The notes: a model not told the origin generated them from the letters alone. 24,000 nt of DNA from Mannheimia varigena (GCF_013377235.1 NZ_CP016226.1:1571019-1595018); one strand, 5' to 3'; counted from the stretch's first letter, positions 1 through 11,795 are shown. A program made the numbers and translations.

Positions 1-732
1 TTTCCTGAAATGTTTAAAGCAATCACTGATTTTGGGGTAACAGGACGTGCAGTTAAACAGAATCTGCTGCAAATAGCGTGTTGGAATCCTCGTGATTTTA
101 CATTCGATAAACATAAAACCGTGGATGATCGCCCTTATGGCGGTGGCCCGGGAATGTTGATGATGGTTCAGCCTTTGCGTGATGCAATTCATGCAGCAAA
201 AGAGGCTGCCAGAGCAGCAGACGGTGTAGAGGCTAAAGTGATTTACCTTTCACCGCAAGGACGTAAGCTCGATCAAACCGGCGTGCAAACGCTGGCTTCA
301 AATCAGAAATTGATTTTAATCTGTGGACGATATGAAGGGGTTGATGAGCGGTTGATTCAAACCGAAGTTGATGAGGAATGGTCAATCGGAGATTACGTTT
401 TAACAGGGGGAGAACTTCCTGCAATGACATTAATTGATGCCGTTTCAAGGTTTGTTCCGGGAGTATTAGGCAAGCAGGCTTCAGCGTTGGAAGACTCTTT
501 CGCAGAAGGTTTATTGGATTGCCCACATTACACCCGCCCCGAAGTGTTAGACGGTATGCCTGTCCCAGATGTGCTGATGTCTGGACACCACGAACAAATT
601 CGCAAATGGCGGTTGGAACAATCGCTTGAACGAACGTGGTTAAGACGCCCTGAGCTATTGGATAGCCTAGCTCTGACTGACGAACAACGAGTGTTGTTGG
701 CGAAAATCAAAAAACAACACAAAATCAGTTAA
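1..732 (+). CDS. trmD: tRNA (guanine37-N1)-methyltransferase TrmD, 5' end cut by window edge
   Basis: Frame 1 is open from nt 1 ([18 protein letters not shown]...). It is colinear with enterobacterial TrmD, including [30 protein letters not shown] and [16 protein letters not shown]. It is followed by rplS, as in the rpsP-rimM-trmD-rplS operon. Confidence 0.95.
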   Translation, partial: FPEMFKAITDFGVTGRAVKQNLLQIACWNPRDFTFDKHKTVDDRPYGGGPGMLMMVQPLRDAIHAAKEAARAADGVEAKVIYLSPQGRKLDQTGVQTLASNQKLILICGRYEGVDERLIQTEVDEEWSIGDYVLTGGELPAMTLIDAVSRFVPGVLGKQASALEDSFAEGLLDCPHYTRPEVLDGMPVPDVLMSGHHEQIRKWRLEQSLERTWLRRPELLDSLALTDEQRVLLAKIKKQHKIS

Positions 733-759
733 TTCTAGGATTTTTAGAAGGTTTTTAAA

Positions 760-1110
760 ATGAGTAACATCATCAAGCAACTTGAACAAGAACAGTTAAA
801 ACAAGACTTACCTAGCTTCCGTCCGGGTGACACATTAGAAGTTAAGGTATGGGTAGTAGAAGGTAGTAAAAAACGTTTGCAAGCGTTCGAAGGCGTGGTT
901 ATTGCAATTCGTAACCGTGGCTTGCACTCTGCATTCACTCTACGTAAAGTATCAAACGGCGTAGGCGTTGAGCGTACATTCCAAACTCACTCACCAGTAA
1001 TCGACACCATCAGCGTTAAACGTAAAGGTGCGGTACGTAAAGCTAAACTTTACTACTTACGTGAGCGTTCTGGTAAATCTGCACGTATCAAAGAGCGTCT
1101 TGGCGACTAA
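760..1110 (+). CDS. rplS: 50S ribosomal protein L19 (bL19)
   Basis: 116 aa with the typical L19 sequence ([12 protein letters not shown]...FRPGDT..V.V.V.EG.K.R.Q.FEGVVIA..NRGL.S.FT.RK). It lies 27 nt after trmD. Confidence 0.97.
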   Translation: MSNIIKQLEQEQLKQDLPSFRPGDTLEVKVWVVEGSKKRLQAFEGVVIAIRNRGLHSAFTLRKVSNGVGVERTFQTHSPVIDTISVKRKGAVRKAKLYYLRERSGKSARIKERLGD

Positions 1111-1135
1111 TTGCTACAAAGCAGTTGAAATGCAC

Positions 1136-1171
1136 AAAAGCCTTGGGGAAACCCAAGGCTTTTGGTTTTTT
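1136..1171 (+). terminator. Rho-independent terminator after rplS
   Basis: aaaagccttggg-gaaa-cccaaggctttt is a perfect 12-bp stem, followed by ggtttttt. Confidence 0.85.
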
Positions 1172-1179
1172 AAGTGATG

Positions 1180-1189
1180 ACAAGCGGTC
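1180..1189 (+). repeat. Uptake signal sequence (Apl-type) ACAAGCGGTC
   Basis: Exact ACAAGCGGTC followed by ATTTTTT. It overlaps the stop codon of the minus-strand MazG-like gene. Confidence 0.8.
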
Positions 1190-1520
1190 ATTTTTTCACA
1201 TTTTTTTGCAAATAGCGTTTCTCAAATTTTGCTTGATGGCGTTCAATCACTTCTGTCATTGAGATGCCGTATTTATCGGCAAGCACAAATACATTATCTA
1301 TCACATCGCCTAGCTCTTCGATCAAATTTTCCCGCTTCTGTTGCTGGGAGTTTTCGCTTTCATAAGGGCGTTCACGCCCAATCTCAATCGCTCTGACCGC
1401 ACAGGCAACCTCCCCGATTTCTTCGGTCAGATAAGTTACTCGCATAAATGGGCTACGCTCATACCAACCTTGCTGTTGATAAAACTTCCGAACCCATTGT
1501 TGATATTGTTCAATTTGCAT
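1188..1520 (-). CDS. Small MazG-family nucleotide pyrophosphohydrolase domain protein
   Basis: 110 aa. The pattern L.EE.GE....R...(E)...LIEELGDV....F.LA...GI....VI..H..KF.KRY is typical of single-domain MazG/YpjD-like NTP-PPases. SD-like AGGGTG lies upstream of the ATG. Confidence 0.75.
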   Translation of the reverse strand: MQIEQYQQWVRKFYQQQGWYERSPFMRVTYLTEEIGEVACAVRAIEIGRERPYESENSQQQKRENLIEELGDVIDNVFVLADKYGISMTEVIERHQAKFEKRYLQKNVKK

Positions 1521-1541
1521 CTTACACCCTTATTCAAATTT

Positions 1542-1551
1542 AACCGCTTGT
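1542..1551 (-). repeat. Uptake signal sequence ACAAGCGGTT
   Basis: The plus strand reads aaccgcttgt, in the 42-nt roxA/MazG-like spacer. Confidence 0.75.
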
Positions 1552-1562
1552 CAGATTTACGA

Positions 1563-2759
1563 CTATTCCGCTTCCGATAAAATAATCCAACCACTATCTA
1601 ACCAATCGCAGATGGTATCTAAAATTAACTCCAGTTCTGCTTGATCTTGTACTTTGGAGGCAAGTTTATTCCACGAAATTGAATCGCCATTTGCGATACG
1701 AATAAGTAACGCCATTTCTGCTTCATTCAGCTCATCAATCCATTCACCATTCACATACAAGCGCTGTGGATTATCGGTGTAAAGAATTTTTACGTTCGCA
1801 TCTTGTTGCAGCCAGCCACCAGCTTCTAGCACCTCTTGCACTTCATCTGGATAGTATTCGTTATCTGTTTGTAGTAATTCATAACGACGAGAACTTACTG
1901 CCGTTGCAACACTATGAGTAAGCAGCTCGTCAAACTGCTCGGAATTTTGTAGTAGGTCGATTAAATGATGCTTAAAGGTTTTAACTGTTCTAGGATCGAG
2001 TAATGCACTAGGTTGCTCATTTGGACTTAAGCGGAATGGAATATGAAATTCCGATGAATTAATTGTATCCGCTTGTTGCTCAATAGTTTTACAGAGGTTT
2101 TCTAATAAATCCGTGGCATTTGGATAACGTAAACCAAACGAGAAAGTGAGCCCTTTATCGCTTTCGGAAATGCCGTAATGTGCCATCCGAGAAGGAACAT
2201 AAAGCACATCACCCGGGTTCATTACTTCATCTAATACCAATTCGCCCATATCGTCAAAAATACGAATTGGCTGATTTGGCTTAAATTCTGTGTTTGGATC
2301 GCACCATTTACCAAGTTGCCAACGGCGTTGCCCATAGCCTTGCACAAGGAAAACATCGTATTCATCATAATGTTTACCAACAGTGCCACCTAATGGCGAA
2401 CAGGAAACCATAATATCATCACGCTGCCACTGTGGGATAAAGCCAAAGGCTTGCCATAATTTGCCAAGTTCTGGCGACCACTGTTCAAGATTTTGCACCA
2501 TCACAGACCATTGCTCCGGCAGATTTTGTAGATCATCTTCTACAAAAGGACTGCATTTCACCGACCATTTTTCATTTTTACATTGAATTAAGCGGGCGGT
2601 AACTTCCTCTTCTAAGGCTAATTCCATAATATCTTCCGGTTCAAATAAATCTACAATTTGAGGTAGGCCATTACGAATTAAAAGAGGGCGTTTTTGCCAA
2701 TATTCACGCAAAAATGTTTCAGGGCTAATGTTTTCAGGTAAGCAGAATGGAATGTTCAT
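1563..2759 (-). CDS. roxA: Cupin/JmjC-type ribosomal protein uL16 arginine hydroxylase (YcfD/RoxA family)
   Basis: 398 aa, colinear with my recollection of E. coli YcfD: FL..YWQKRP...R, then the H.D..DVF..QG.G.RRW block (GKHYDEYDVFLVQGYGQRRWQLG) and PGD.LY.P....H. AAGGAG SD sits 6 nt upstream of the ATG. Confidence 0.8.
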   Translation of the reverse strand: MNIPFCLPENISPETFLREYWQKRPLLIRNGLPQIVDLFEPEDIMELALEEEVTARLIQCKNEKWSVKCSPFVEDDLQNLPEQWSVMVQNLEQWSPELGKLWQAFGFIPQWQRDDIMVSCSPLGGTVGKHYDEYDVFLVQGYGQRRWQLGKWCDPNTEFKPNQPIRIFDDMGELVLDEVMNPGDVLYVPSRMAHYGISESDKGLTFSFGLRYPNATDLLENLCKTIEQQADTINSSEFHIPFRLSPNEQPSALLDPRTVKTFKHHLIDLLQNSEQFDELLTHSVATAVSSRRYELLQTDNEYYPDEVQEVLEAGGWLQQDANVKILYTDNPQRLYVNGEWIDELNEAEMALLIRIANGDSISWNKLASKVQDQAELELILDTICDWLDSGWIILSEAE

Positions 2760-2870
2760 AAATGCTCCTTGCGATTGTGTTGCTTTAGTTTATTTAATAT
2801 TCTACCTGAGAAATCATAGAAAACGCGAAATTTTTTATGATTTAGCGACATCATTCACATTTTAGGTAAG

Positions 2871-2902
2871 AAAATAATGAAAAAGGCGAACATTGTTCGC
2901 CT
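2871..2902 (-). terminator. Rho-independent terminator after accC
   Basis: The minus strand reads aggcgaac-aat-gttcgcct followed by TTTTCATTATTTT, 8 nt after the accC stop. Confidence 0.8.
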
Positions 2903-2909
2903 ATGAGAG

Positions 2910-4253
2910 TTATTTAAGACCGAGTTTCTTCTCTAAATAGTGAATATTTGTGCCACCTTTACGGAATTCGGCATCAGAAAGGATTTGAGTATGCAGTGGA
3001 ATATTGGTTTTAATTCCATCAACAATTGTTTCAGACAACGCATTTTCCATACGACGGATAGCAATATCACGATCTTCTGCAAAAGTGATTAGCTTACCAA
3101 TCATTGAATCATAATGTGGTGGTACGCTATAGCCTGAGTAAATGTGAGAGTCCCAACGTACACCCAAACCGCCCGGTGCGTGTAAACGTGTAATTTTACC
3201 CGGGGATGGTAAGAAAGTCTGTGGATCTTCCGCATTAATACGGCACTCAATAGCGTGTCCTTTCACTTTAATATCTTCTTGTTTGATAGAAAGTGGTAAA
3301 CCAGCTGCAACACGCAGTTGTTCTTTTACTAAGTCCACGCCTGTAATCATTTCAGTAACAGGGTGTTCTACCTGTAAACGTGTGTTCATTTCAATGAAAT
3401 AGAACTCGCCGTTTTCATATAAGAACTCGAATGTACCTGCACCACGATAGCCGATTTCACGACAAGCATTTGCACAACGTTCGCCGATGAATTTACGCAA
3501 CTCTTCTGTAATGCCCGGTGCTGGAGCTTCTTCTACTACTTTTTGGTGGCGACGTTGCATTGAGCAATCACGTTCTGCTAAATAAACCGCATTACCGTGC
3601 GTATCAGCAAGCACTTGAATTTCAATATGGCGTGGATTTTCTAAGTATTTTTCCATATAAACCATATCGTTATTGAACGCGGCTTTCGCTTCCGCTTTGG
3701 TCATTGCGATAGATTCTTCTAAATCTTTTTCGTGATGAACTACACGCATACCACGCCCACCGCCGCCGCCAGAGGCTTTGATGATAACAGGGTAGCCGAT
3801 GCGGCTGGCAATTTCTCTGTTTTTCTTCGGATCATTCCCAATAGGGCCATCAGAACCTGGTACGCAAGGTACACCTGCTTTTTTCATCGCATTAATTGCA
3901 GAGACTTTATCACCCATTAAGCGGATTACATCAGCTGTTGGGCCGATAAAAACAAAGCCAGATTTTTCAACTTGTTCTGCAAAATTTGCGTTTTCAGATA
4001 AGAAGCCGTAACCCGGATGAATTGCATCAGCATTTGTTACTTCTGCTGCAGCAATAATCATTGGGATATTTAAATAACTTTTAACAGAAGGAGCAGGACC
4101 AATACAGATAGTCTCATCTGCTAATAAAACATGTTTTAATTCACGGTCTGCTGTTGAGTGAACGGCAACCGTTTTAATGCCTAATTCTTTACAGGCTCGT
4201 AAAATGCGTAAGGCAATTTCGCCACGGTTTGCAATAACAACTTTTTCTAACAT
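2910..4253 (-). CDS. accC: Acetyl-CoA carboxylase, biotin carboxylase subunit
   Basis: [33 protein letters not shown]... is the canonical AccC N-terminus, so the start is moved to the ATG at 4253 (M21 of the track ORF). ATP-grasp motifs are present throughout. The gene follows accB. Confidence 0.95.
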   Translation of the reverse strand: MLEKVVIANRGEIALRILRACKELGIKTVAVHSTADRELKHVLLADETICIGPAPSVKSYLNIPMIIAAAEVTNADAIHPGYGFLSENANFAEQVEKSGFVFIGPTADVIRLMGDKVSAINAMKKAGVPCVPGSDGPIGNDPKKNREIASRIGYPVIIKASGGGGGRGMRVVHHEKDLEESIAMTKAEAKAAFNNDMVYMEKYLENPRHIEIQVLADTHGNAVYLAERDCSMQRRHQKVVEEAPAPGITEELRKFIGERCANACREIGYRGAGTFEFLYENGEFYFIEMNTRLQVEHPVTEMITGVDLVKEQLRVAAGLPLSIKQEDIKVKGHAIECRINAEDPQTFLPSPGKITRLHAPGGLGVRWDSHIYSGYSVPPHYDSMIGKLITFAEDRDIAIRRMENALSETIVDGIKTNIPLHTQILSDAEFRKGGTNIHYLEKKLGLK

Positions 4254-4320
4254 TGGGAGATTCCCTTGAAGTGAATTGGTTGGAAAGATGCCCCTATTAG
4301 AGAATAAGGGCAAGCATAGA

Positions 4321-4800
4321 TTATTCGATGATGAATAATTTTTGATCGAACTCTACAGGTTCGCCATCATTAACTAAAATTTCTTTAACTACACCAGCTT
4401 TATCTGATTCAATGCGATTCATCATTTTCATCGCTTCAACAATACAGAGTGCATCGCCGATTTTCACGGTTTGACCTACTTCAACGAATGTTTTCGCATC
4501 TGGGCTTGGGCTACGGTAGAATGTTCCAACCATTGGAGAACGCACAGCGTGTCCGCTTACTTGTTCAGTTACTGCATTAGATGGGAAAGCGGCTGGCGCT
4601 ACAGGTTGTGGAGCAGCGGTAGTAGGAGCTGCAACAGGAGCTGCAACAGGAGCTGCTGCATATTGAACTGCAGGAGCAACAACGGCTGCTGGTGCAGCAC
4701 GGCTAATACGTACTGTACCTTCTTCTTCAGACACTTCTAATTCAGTAATGCCAGATTCTTCAACTAATTCGATAAGTTTTTTGATTTTGCGAATATCCAT
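4321..4800 (-). CDS. accB: Acetyl-CoA carboxylase, biotin carboxyl carrier protein (BCCP)
   Basis: 159 aa with an Ala/Pro-rich linker and the biotinyl-lysine motif [13 protein letters not shown]. It lies immediately upstream of accC. Confidence 0.95.
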   Translation of the reverse strand: MDIRKIKKLIELVEESGITELEVSEEEGTVRISRAAPAAVVAPAVQYAAAPVAAPVAAPTTAAPQPVAPAAFPSNAVTEQVSGHAVRSPMVGTFYRSPSPDAKTFVEVGQTVKIGDALCIVEAMKMMNRIESDKAGVVKEILVNDGEPVEFDQKLFIIE

Positions 4801-4825
4801 AATAAGATTCCGTATGTGATTAATT

Positions 4826-4875
4826 AAAAAATAGAACTCTGCATTTTTTTATCGTAAATAATAGAATGCAGAGTT
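4826..4875 (-). promoter_or_regulatory. Terminator-like hairpin in the accB 5' leader (candidate attenuator or operator RNA)
   Basis: Perfect 10-bp inverted repeat aactctgcat (4835-4844) / atgcagagtt (4866-4875). In the accB sense it is followed by cta + TTTTTT (4826-4831), about 25 nt upstream of the accB ATG. Confidence 0.45.
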
Positions 4876-4999
4876 AAAAATTCTGGGTGTAGAATACCTG
4901 AATTTCGCCAATTTTGCGAATAAAATCTTCTAAATTTGGCGAAAATACGTGATTTTTGTATTCATCGTACCAGTTGGGTTGGTTAGGAATTTACCGATA

Positions 5000-5046
5000 A
5001 CAAGCGGTTAAAAATGGTAAGTTTTTTGCAAATTTCAACCGCTTGT
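5000..5046. repeat. Inverted pair of uptake signal sequences forming a stem-loop (probable terminator of the glycosyltransferase gene)
   Basis: acaagcggtt (5000-5009) and aaccgcttgt (5037-5046) are perfect reverse complements separated by 27 nt. The pair starts 4 nt after the stop of the 5050-5832 CDS. Confidence 0.7.
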
Positions 5047-5049
5047 AAC

Positions 5050-5832
5050 TTATTTGAGCAAATCCTCATTCTTCTTGTAGTTCCATTTACTGCCCGGTTT
5101 GTCGATATATTGGAAATACTCATTGGTAAATGTGCCTTGTGCACAGGTTATTTTATCACGGCGGAAATTTACCACTTTGTCGCCAATTGCATTATTTAAT
5201 GTGTCTGGACCTGTCATCACAAACACTCCACCCTCAATGCGGCGGTTTTCAATATTGCTGATAATTAGCTCAAGCGTATCTTTTAAAATCCAGTTACCTT
5301 TTTCGCTTGCTAAGAAAAAGTTAGTGTATTTATCACGGCGTTTGATTAATACCTCGCTATCGTTTTCATTAATAATTTTAGAAAGCGGGTAGACCAAATG
5401 CCCATCAATATCAATATAAATGCCGCCTTCTCTTAATAAAGTGAAGATTCGCCAGAAATCAGCTTGAGCTGCACCATCCGTAAGCTTGCTGTAAGCATTA
5501 AAAGTGCGTTCGTCTGCATTGGCTTTGATATAGGCCTCACGTTCTTCTGTGCTGACATAACGATAATCATAACTTAATGACATCAAGCGATTAAATAAAT
5601 AATTGGCATACATTGGCAAGGTTACTTTATTTGAATAATTCGTTTGCCAAATTGTTTTGGTAATTTTTGTTGGCTTGTTAGAGCGAATTTTTGCTGGACT
5701 ATATTCCGGAATCGTAAAGCGTTTTTTCGGAAATAGGGCATGGAAAGGGTAGCTCAGCACCTTTACAATATTGCCAAATAAGCGAATCACACCGTTACAG
5801 ATAACGATAAATTGTTCATTTTTAACTGCCAT
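5050..5832 (-). CDS. Glycosyltransferase, DXD-motif sugar-binding family (GT32-like); probable LOS/capsule-type transferase
   Basis: 260 aa. [23 protein letters not shown] contains the D-I-D motif (codons at 5404-5412) typical of the Gly_transf_sug/GT32 fold. Its SD (AAGG) overlaps the aroQ stop codon. Confidence 0.7.
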   Translation of the reverse strand: MAVKNEQFIVICNGVIRLFGNIVKVLSYPFHALFPKKRFTIPEYSPAKIRSNKPTKITKTIWQTNYSNKVTLPMYANYLFNRLMSLSYDYRYVSTEEREAYIKANADERTFNAYSKLTDGAAQADFWRIFTLLREGGIYIDIDGHLVYPLSKIINENDSEVLIKRRDKYTNFFLASEKGNWILKDTLELIISNIENRRIEGGVFVMTGPDTLNNAIGDKVVNFRRDKITCAQGTFTNEYFQYIDKPGSKWNYKKNEDLLK

Positions 5833-5841
5833 TTTATTACC

Positions 5842-6279
5842 TTATTTTTTTAATTGTGAAATCGCAAAATCCAACGCATATTCATAGCCTTTAACCCCCA
5901 AGCCACAAATAACGCCTTTTGCTATATCACTTAGATAGGAGTGATGGCGGAAAGGTTCACGGCTATGCACATTAGAAAGATGTACTTCAATAAAAGGAAT
6001 TGAAACAGAGAGCAACGCATCACGAATTGCCACGCTGGTGTGAGTGAATGCCCCAGGGTTGATAATAATAAAATCAGTATTTTGGAAGGCTTGATGAATG
6101 CGGTTGATGATCGGCTCTTCGCCGTTCGCTTGGAACGCATCTAGTTCCACACTTTGTTCCAACGCTAAGGTTTTCAAGCGGTTTTCAATATCTGCCAACG
6201 TTTGCGAACCGTAAATTTCAGGCTCACGCTTGCCAAGCATATTGAGGTTTGGGCCGTTTAAAAGTAAGATTTTTTTCAT
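5842..6279 (-). CDS. aroQ: 3-dehydroquinate dehydratase, type II
   Basis: [24 protein letters not shown] is the canonical type II DHQase N-terminus, and the [15 protein letters not shown] motif is present. The start is moved to the ATG at 6279 (M16 of the track ORF), which is preceded by AAGGAT. Confidence 0.93.
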   Translation of the reverse strand: MKKILLLNGPNLNMLGKREPEIYGSQTLADIENRLKTLALEQSVELDAFQANGEEPIINRIHQAFQNTDFIIINPGAFTHTSVAIRDALLSVSIPFIEVHLSNVHSREPFRHHSYLSDIAKGVICGLGVKGYEYALDFAISQLKK

Positions 6280-6292
6280 TTTTATTATCCTT

Positions 6293-6302
6293 ACAAGCGG
6301 TA
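6293..6302 (+). repeat. Uptake signal sequence ACAAGCGGTA
   Basis: Exact 9-mer core ACAAGCGGT followed by an A-run, in the dapD-aroQ spacer. Confidence 0.7.
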
Positions 6303-6333
6303 AAAAAATCCCCCACTTTTGCAAAATGGGGGA
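6302..6333 (-). terminator. Rho-independent terminator after dapD
   Basis: The minus strand reads tccccca-ttttgcaaaag-tggggga followed by TTTTTTT, 9 nt after the dapD stop. Confidence 0.8.
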
Positions 6334-6341
6334 GCGTTCAA

Positions 6342-7166
6342 TTACTCATCGATTGAGCGAAGTAAATCGTTCAAGCCCACTTTGCTTAACGTTTTTTCGT
6401 CCACTTTTTTCACGATTACTGCACAATAAAGGTTGTGTGAACCGTCTTTGGACGGCAGAGAACCTGAAACCACTACCGAGCCTGCCGGCACACGGCCGTA
6501 ATGCACTTCGCCGGTTTCACGGTCGTAAATTTTGGTTGATTGACCGATAAACACGCCCATTGAGATCACGCAGTTATCTTCTACGATCACACCTTCCACG
6601 ATTTCAGAGCGTGCACCGATAAAGCAGTTGTCACCGATGATGGTTGGGTTCGCTTGCAGTGGCTCTAACACGCCGCCGATACCCACGCCGCCTGAAAGGT
6701 GCACGTTTTTACCGATTTGAGCACAAGAACCCACAGTTACCCAAGTGTCCACCATTGTGCCTTCGCCAACGTATGCACCGATGTTCACGAAAGATGGCAT
6801 TAACACTACGTTCTTCTCGATGTGAGAACCTTTACGCACCACCGCACCCGGCACAGCACGGATACCGTCCGCTTTGAATTGTTCTTCAGTGTAGTTGCCG
6901 TATTTGGTTGGCACTTTGTCGTAGAATTTGGTTTCTGCACCGTCAATGATTTCGTTGTCAGCGATACGGAATGAAAGCAACACGGCTTTTTTCACCCACT
7001 GGTTTACCACCCACTCGCCATCTTTTTTCTCTGCCACACGCAGAGAACCGTTATCCAAACCTGCGATAACTTGTTCAACGGCAGATTTTGTTTCTGCATC
7101 AACAGTTTTTGGGGTAATTTCTGCACGGCGTTCAAATGCCGCTTCGATAATAGCTTGTAAAGACAT
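6342..7166 (-). CDS. dapD: 2,3,4,5-tetrahydropyridine-2,6-dicarboxylate N-succinyltransferase
   Basis: 274 aa, nearly colinear with E. coli DapD: [19 protein letters not shown], hexapeptide repeats [34 protein letters not shown], and [12 protein letters not shown]. Confidence 0.96.
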   Translation of the reverse strand: MSLQAIIEAAFERRAEITPKTVDAETKSAVEQVIAGLDNGSLRVAEKKDGEWVVNQWVKKAVLLSFRIADNEIIDGAETKFYDKVPTKYGNYTEEQFKADGIRAVPGAVVRKGSHIEKNVVLMPSFVNIGAYVGEGTMVDTWVTVGSCAQIGKNVHLSGGVGIGGVLEPLQANPTIIGDNCFIGARSEIVEGVIVEDNCVISMGVFIGQSTKIYDRETGEVHYGRVPAGSVVVSGSLPSKDGSHNLYCAVIVKKVDEKTLSKVGLNDLLRSIDE

Positions 7167-7240
7167 TGTTGTGTTCCTTAATGATGAAATTAAATAAAAA
7201 ATTCGACCTCACTTTTTAACATAGAAAGCTGTTTATTTCC

Positions 7241-7273
7241 ACTAAAAAAGTACAAGCGGTTATTTTTAACCAC
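7241..7273 (-). terminator. Possible terminator at the 3' end of the beta-glucoside operon (USS plus imperfect partner)
   Basis: The minus strand reads gtggtta-aaaa-taaccgc (one mismatch) and then ttgtaCTTTTTT. It contains USS ACAAGCGGTT at 7252-7261 (+). Confidence 0.35.
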
Positions 7274-7292
7274 TTTTTTACAAAATCATATA

Positions 7293-8141
7293 TTAAGCTT
7301 CGAGATATAAGCGGTTTAAATGCACTAATAGGTAAATTTTTTCTTGTTGGGAAATCTCAATACCTTGCTGGCTTTTAATAAAATTATTAATTTTATTTAG
7401 AATTTTTAGCTCTTGTGGCATTTGGGATTGCATTGAAAGATAAAGGGAATTTGCCTCTGCTTCTGTAATTTCACGAGAAAGCTGTTTATTAAGTAACCGT
7501 TCAGAAAAGTAGGTGATGTGGGTGAGAAAGCGAGAGTAAGAAAAACTCTCCTTATTCAGTGGCTTATTGATACTTCGTTGAACAATAATTTCGATATTTT
7601 TAATCAACTCAGCAAGAGCTTTTTCTCGCAGAGCTTGAGGAGCATTGATTTTTGCATTCAGAAAATGCAAACCAATTGCAGATGCTTCCGATTCGGGTAG
7701 TTCTAGTGCAAATTTTTCGGCAATCAGTTGAATAGCAAACTTTCCAATTGCAAATTCAGGTGTATGGCGTTTAATTAAATCAAAATATGCAAAATTTTCA
7801 CCAAAATAACCCGCTTGTAATCGCTTAACTGCAAAGGCTATATGGTCAGAAAGTGAGAGATAAAGATGATCCATTACTTCGATTTGATATTCTTGATAGG
7901 CAAATTCAATAATTTGTTTTACCAAATCGAAATAGTCCTCATCTAATTCATTAGCAAGCTGAATAAAATTCAGTAATACCTTTTTATCTTTCAATAAAAA
8001 AGTTTTTTCTACCTGTGAGATATCAACTTGATCGCCTATTGCTTGGTGATAGCCAATGCCTTTTCCCATTAGGACACATTCATTACCGTGATTATCTAGA
8101 GCGAGCAATAGCGAATTATTGAGGACTTTGATAATTTGCAT
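7293..8141 (-). CDS. BglG/LicT/SacY-family PRD-domain transcription antiterminator
   Basis: MQIIKVLNNS.L.A.D..G.E.VLMGKGIGY is the CAT RNA-binding domain N-terminus, followed by two PRD-like regions. The start is moved to the ATG at 8141, 2 nt after the upstream glucosidase stop. A RAT element is present in the operon leader. Confidence 0.85.
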   Translation of the reverse strand: MQIIKVLNNSLLLALDNHGNECVLMGKGIGYHQAIGDQVDISQVEKTFLLKDKKVLLNFIQLANELDEDYFDLVKQIIEFAYQEYQIEVMDHLYLSLSDHIAFAVKRLQAGYFGENFAYFDLIKRHTPEFAIGKFAIQLIAEKFALELPESEASAIGLHFLNAKINAPQALREKALAELIKNIEIIVQRSINKPLNKESFSYSRFLTHITYFSERLLNKQLSREITEAEANSLYLSMQSQMPQELKILNKINNFIKSQQGIEISQQEKIYLLVHLNRLYLEA

Positions 8142-8143
8142 CG

Positions 8144-11427
<3,284 letters not shown>

Positions 11428-11444
11428 CTATCAAATGATAGAAA

Positions 11445-11515
11445 TAAAAAAGACCAAACATACAAAAACGACTTCTCTATCTAAATCGTGAAGTCATTTA
11501 AGTACATTTGATCTT
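11445..11515 (-). terminator. Leader terminator of the beta-glucoside operon (nested hairpin + U-tract), partly overlapped by the RAT
   Basis: Minus strand: the outer stem is aagatcaaa (11515-11507) pairing with tttggtctt (11458-11450, one G-U pair). The inner hairpin is atgacttc...gaagtcgt (11497-11468). The structure is followed by TTTTATTT. Confidence 0.55.
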
Positions 11516-11536
11516 GCCTGAATCCAGTAACACGTC
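11510..11536 (-). promoter_or_regulatory. Ribonucleic antiterminator (RAT) element
   Basis: The minus strand reads GACGTGTTACTGGATTCAGGCAAGATC. This matches the conserved RAT core TGTTACTG-n-CAGGCAA(A/G)A(C/T)C of bgl/sac/lic leaders. Its 3' end overlaps the 5' arm of the terminator. Confidence 0.7.
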
Positions 11537-11559
11537 AAAGTGTATCTTTCTCTTTCGTA

Positions 11560-11590
11560 ATTTTATACGCCTAGTTGGAGCGGTTTGCAA
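11560..11590 (-). promoter_or_regulatory. Sigma-70 promoter of the beta-glucoside operon
   Basis: On the minus strand, TTGCAA (11590-11585) is followed by 17 nt and then TATAAAAT (11567-11560). The predicted TSS is about 11555, roughly 19 nt before the RAT. Confidence 0.55.
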
Positions 11591-11617
11591 GTGAGTGAAC
11601 AATGTTTATTTTAAAAA

Positions 11618-11633
11618 CGTGAATTGGATCACA
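11618..11633. promoter_or_regulatory. CRP (cAMP receptor protein) binding site, canonical type
   Basis: The minus strand reads TGTGA-tccaat-TCACG (consensus TGTGA-N6-TCACA). The centre lies about 70 nt upstream of the predicted TSS, a class I-like position. Confidence 0.6.
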
Positions 11634-11779
11634 GAATTTAAATTTACCTTTTGGCAAGCGGTCATTTTTTATAAAATTTTTACCGATGTTGATCGCTTAT
11701 ATCAGATTTAACGAGTGATGCCTCATCAATAATCAGCAGATAACTCAAATTTGGTTTATAATCCGCTTTAATTTTCAAT

Positions 11780-11789
11780 ACAAGCGGTC
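11780..11789 (+). repeat. Uptake signal sequence ACAAGCGGTC
   Basis: Exact 10-mer + ATTTTT, ending 6 nt before the GTG at 11796. A one-mismatch copy (GCAAGCGGTC + ATTTTTT) lies at 11654-11663. Confidence 0.75.
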
Positions 11790-11795
11790 ATTTTT

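Noticed and set aside
4254-4313. 20-codon N-terminal extension of accC in the ORF track ([20 protein letters not shown])
   Set aside because: The conserved AccC N-terminus begins at [12 protein letters not shown] (ATG at 4253). The extension would run into the accB-accC spacer and has no homology.
4912-4930. ttttGCGAataaaaTCTTC resembling a CRP-S half-site upstream of accB
   Set aside because: Only one half-site matches and the second half is unrelated, so it is probably a chance occurrence in AT-rich DNA.
6280-6324. 15-codon N-terminal extension of aroQ ([15 protein letters not shown])
   Set aside because: It spans the dapD terminator hairpin and a USS. Type II dehydroquinases start at [13 protein letters not shown], and the ATG at 6279 has a good AAGGAT SD.
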